Shown in pieces: positions 63,601 to 64,000 of a stretch of DNA of 64,000 nucleotides. The stretch's first letter is position 1; every line of letters begins with the position of its first letter. The stretch comes from Phoronis australis (lineage: Eukaryota; Animalia; Phoronida): assembly GCA_002633005.1 (NCBI GenBank), contig NMRA01000291.1:199109-263108 (forward strand). Direction: 5' to 3'. A model generated the notes under the pieces. It did no database searches and was not told the DNA's origin. It saw nothing but the letters and a program-made list of their open reading frames with translations. Made by a program: the position numbers and the translations under genes.

Positions 63601-63765
63601 CATCATTGCTGAGTACAGTCAGTGCCATGGGATCAAACTGCAGTCACTGACCAGTGAACAAGTTATCGCTAGAACTCTCTCTTGTCTAGAGCAACTCATT
63701 GACGGATATGAGGCAGATGGGGGCCAGGCGTTCTTGGAAGAATACTACAGATACTGGCTGCACAG
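54391..63765 (+). CDS. HLCS: Holocarboxylase synthetase / biotin--protein ligase, 11 exons in window, 3' end beyond window
   Basis: Exons: 54391-54690, 55603-55773, 56932-57088, 57723-58315, 58829-59008, 60411-60564, 60831-60954, 61397-61464, 61995-62155, 62736-62850, 63552-63765. All are GT-AG with consistent phases (745 codons + 2 nt). Motifs: KPPNVLIYCG, TPWIDNTALLVIA, YAQHLSTHTLGQVVLYSDVVPSTM, QTRGKGRGGNAWLSPKG, KWPNDIY, KIGGILV, IGIGVNVSN, YYRYWLH. Confidence 0.95.
55603..55773 (+). CDS. HLCS: HLCS exon 2
   Basis: TTTCAG|QTVDLSKWTAYLS...KIK|GTATAC. Confidence 0.75.
56421..56479 (+). repeat. 25-bp tandem duplication in HLCS intron 2
   Basis: TTCAAAATGATCCTTTCTCCAACCT x2. Confidence 0.85.
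56932..57088 (+). CDS. HLCS: HLCS exon 3
   Basis: TTTGCAG|VTDISTPLAWK...EMI|GTAAGT. Confidence 0.78.
57723..58315 (+). CDS. HLCS: HLCS exon 4 (N-terminal BPL domain)
   Basis: KPPNVLIYCG...GGKVL...GKAILSQ|GTATGT. Confidence 0.92.
58829..59008 (+). CDS. HLCS: HLCS exon 5
   Basis: ILLEKEAKD...RRLLLTCFLQELGIAC...LTPAYMFAVTE. Confidence 0.88.
60411..60564 (+). CDS. HLCS: HLCS exon 6
   Basis: TTTCAG|AKRQHFINE...FLPVII-G|GTAAAG. Confidence 0.82.
60831..60954 (+). CDS. HLCS: HLCS exon 7
   Basis: FNMTTYAQHLSTHTLGQVVLYSDVVPSTM. Confidence 0.92.
61397..61464 (+). CDS. HLCS: HLCS exon 8
   Basis: GLVVIADRQTRGK. Confidence 0.92.
61995..62155 (+). CDS. HLCS: HLCS exon 9 (biotin-binding GRGG loop)
   Basis: GRGGNAWLSPKGCAQF...LQHLAGLAVVKAVRSLDGYE. 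Confidence 0.95.
62736..62850 (+). CDS. HLCS: HLCS exon 10
   Basis: KWPNDIYFSDQIKIGGILV. Confidence 0.95.
63552..63765 (+). CDS. HLCS: HLCS exon 11
   Basis: IGVNVSNSLPTTCLND...FLEEYYRYWLH; phase-2 donor, gene continues out of window. Confidence 0.94.
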
Positions 63766-63847
63766 GTCTGTAATGTTCACCCTTACTCCGATTCAAAAGG
63801 ACTCCTTGATAGAAATGTAGGGAAATACCACCCACCAAGAACCTTAA

Positions 63848-64000
63848 AGGCGAAGGCAACCTTTTTTCATGTCATTTTGAGCTAAAATAAGGTTGGTTGA
63901 TTATCCTAGACATATTTTCCACTTAATTACAGCGTTTCGTAATTTTATTAATTACTCGTCCTCTACTCCGGAAGTGACGTTTTAGGAGGCAAGCGTTTCC
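63848..64000 (+). mobile_element. Second copy (left arm) of the Kolobok-type foldback MITE, in HLCS intron 11
   Basis: TTAA|AGGCGAAGGCAACCTTTTTTCATGTCATTTT..., matches 50090 onward. Confidence 0.8.

Overview
AT-rich, intron-rich animal (invertebrate-type) genomic DNA with one assembly gap (39579-39961). Three spliced protein-coding genes can be rebuilt by hand with GT-AG junctions whose phases match. (1) A divergent insulin/relaxin-superfamily preprohormone (+, coding exons 13704-13890 and 16148-16314, 117 aa) with an unusually long A-chain loop (CC-x7-C-x8-C) and a minimal B chain. The ORF track shows it only as two unrelated short ORFs. (2) A tryptophan hydroxylase (-, 10 coding exons, 48722 down to 23970, 487 aa; first exon inferred) lying tail-to-tail with the insulin-like gene. 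(3) Holocarboxylase synthetase/biotin-protein ligase (+, 11 exons from 54391, running off the window end) lying head-to-head with TPH. The rest is mostly transposon debris. Two direct copies of a decayed THAP-bearing P-like element bracket the insulin-like gene, and one carries a TTAA-targeted Kolobok insertion whose empty site is visible in the other. There are also a decayed LINE, a four-copy Helentron-like repeat, MITEs/foldback elements, a tRNA-derived SINE, Penelope-like hammerhead remnants and simple repeats. The most interesting signal is the atypical insulin-like peptide and its tight linkage to an aromatic amino acid hydroxylase. All calls are by eye; no database searches were run.
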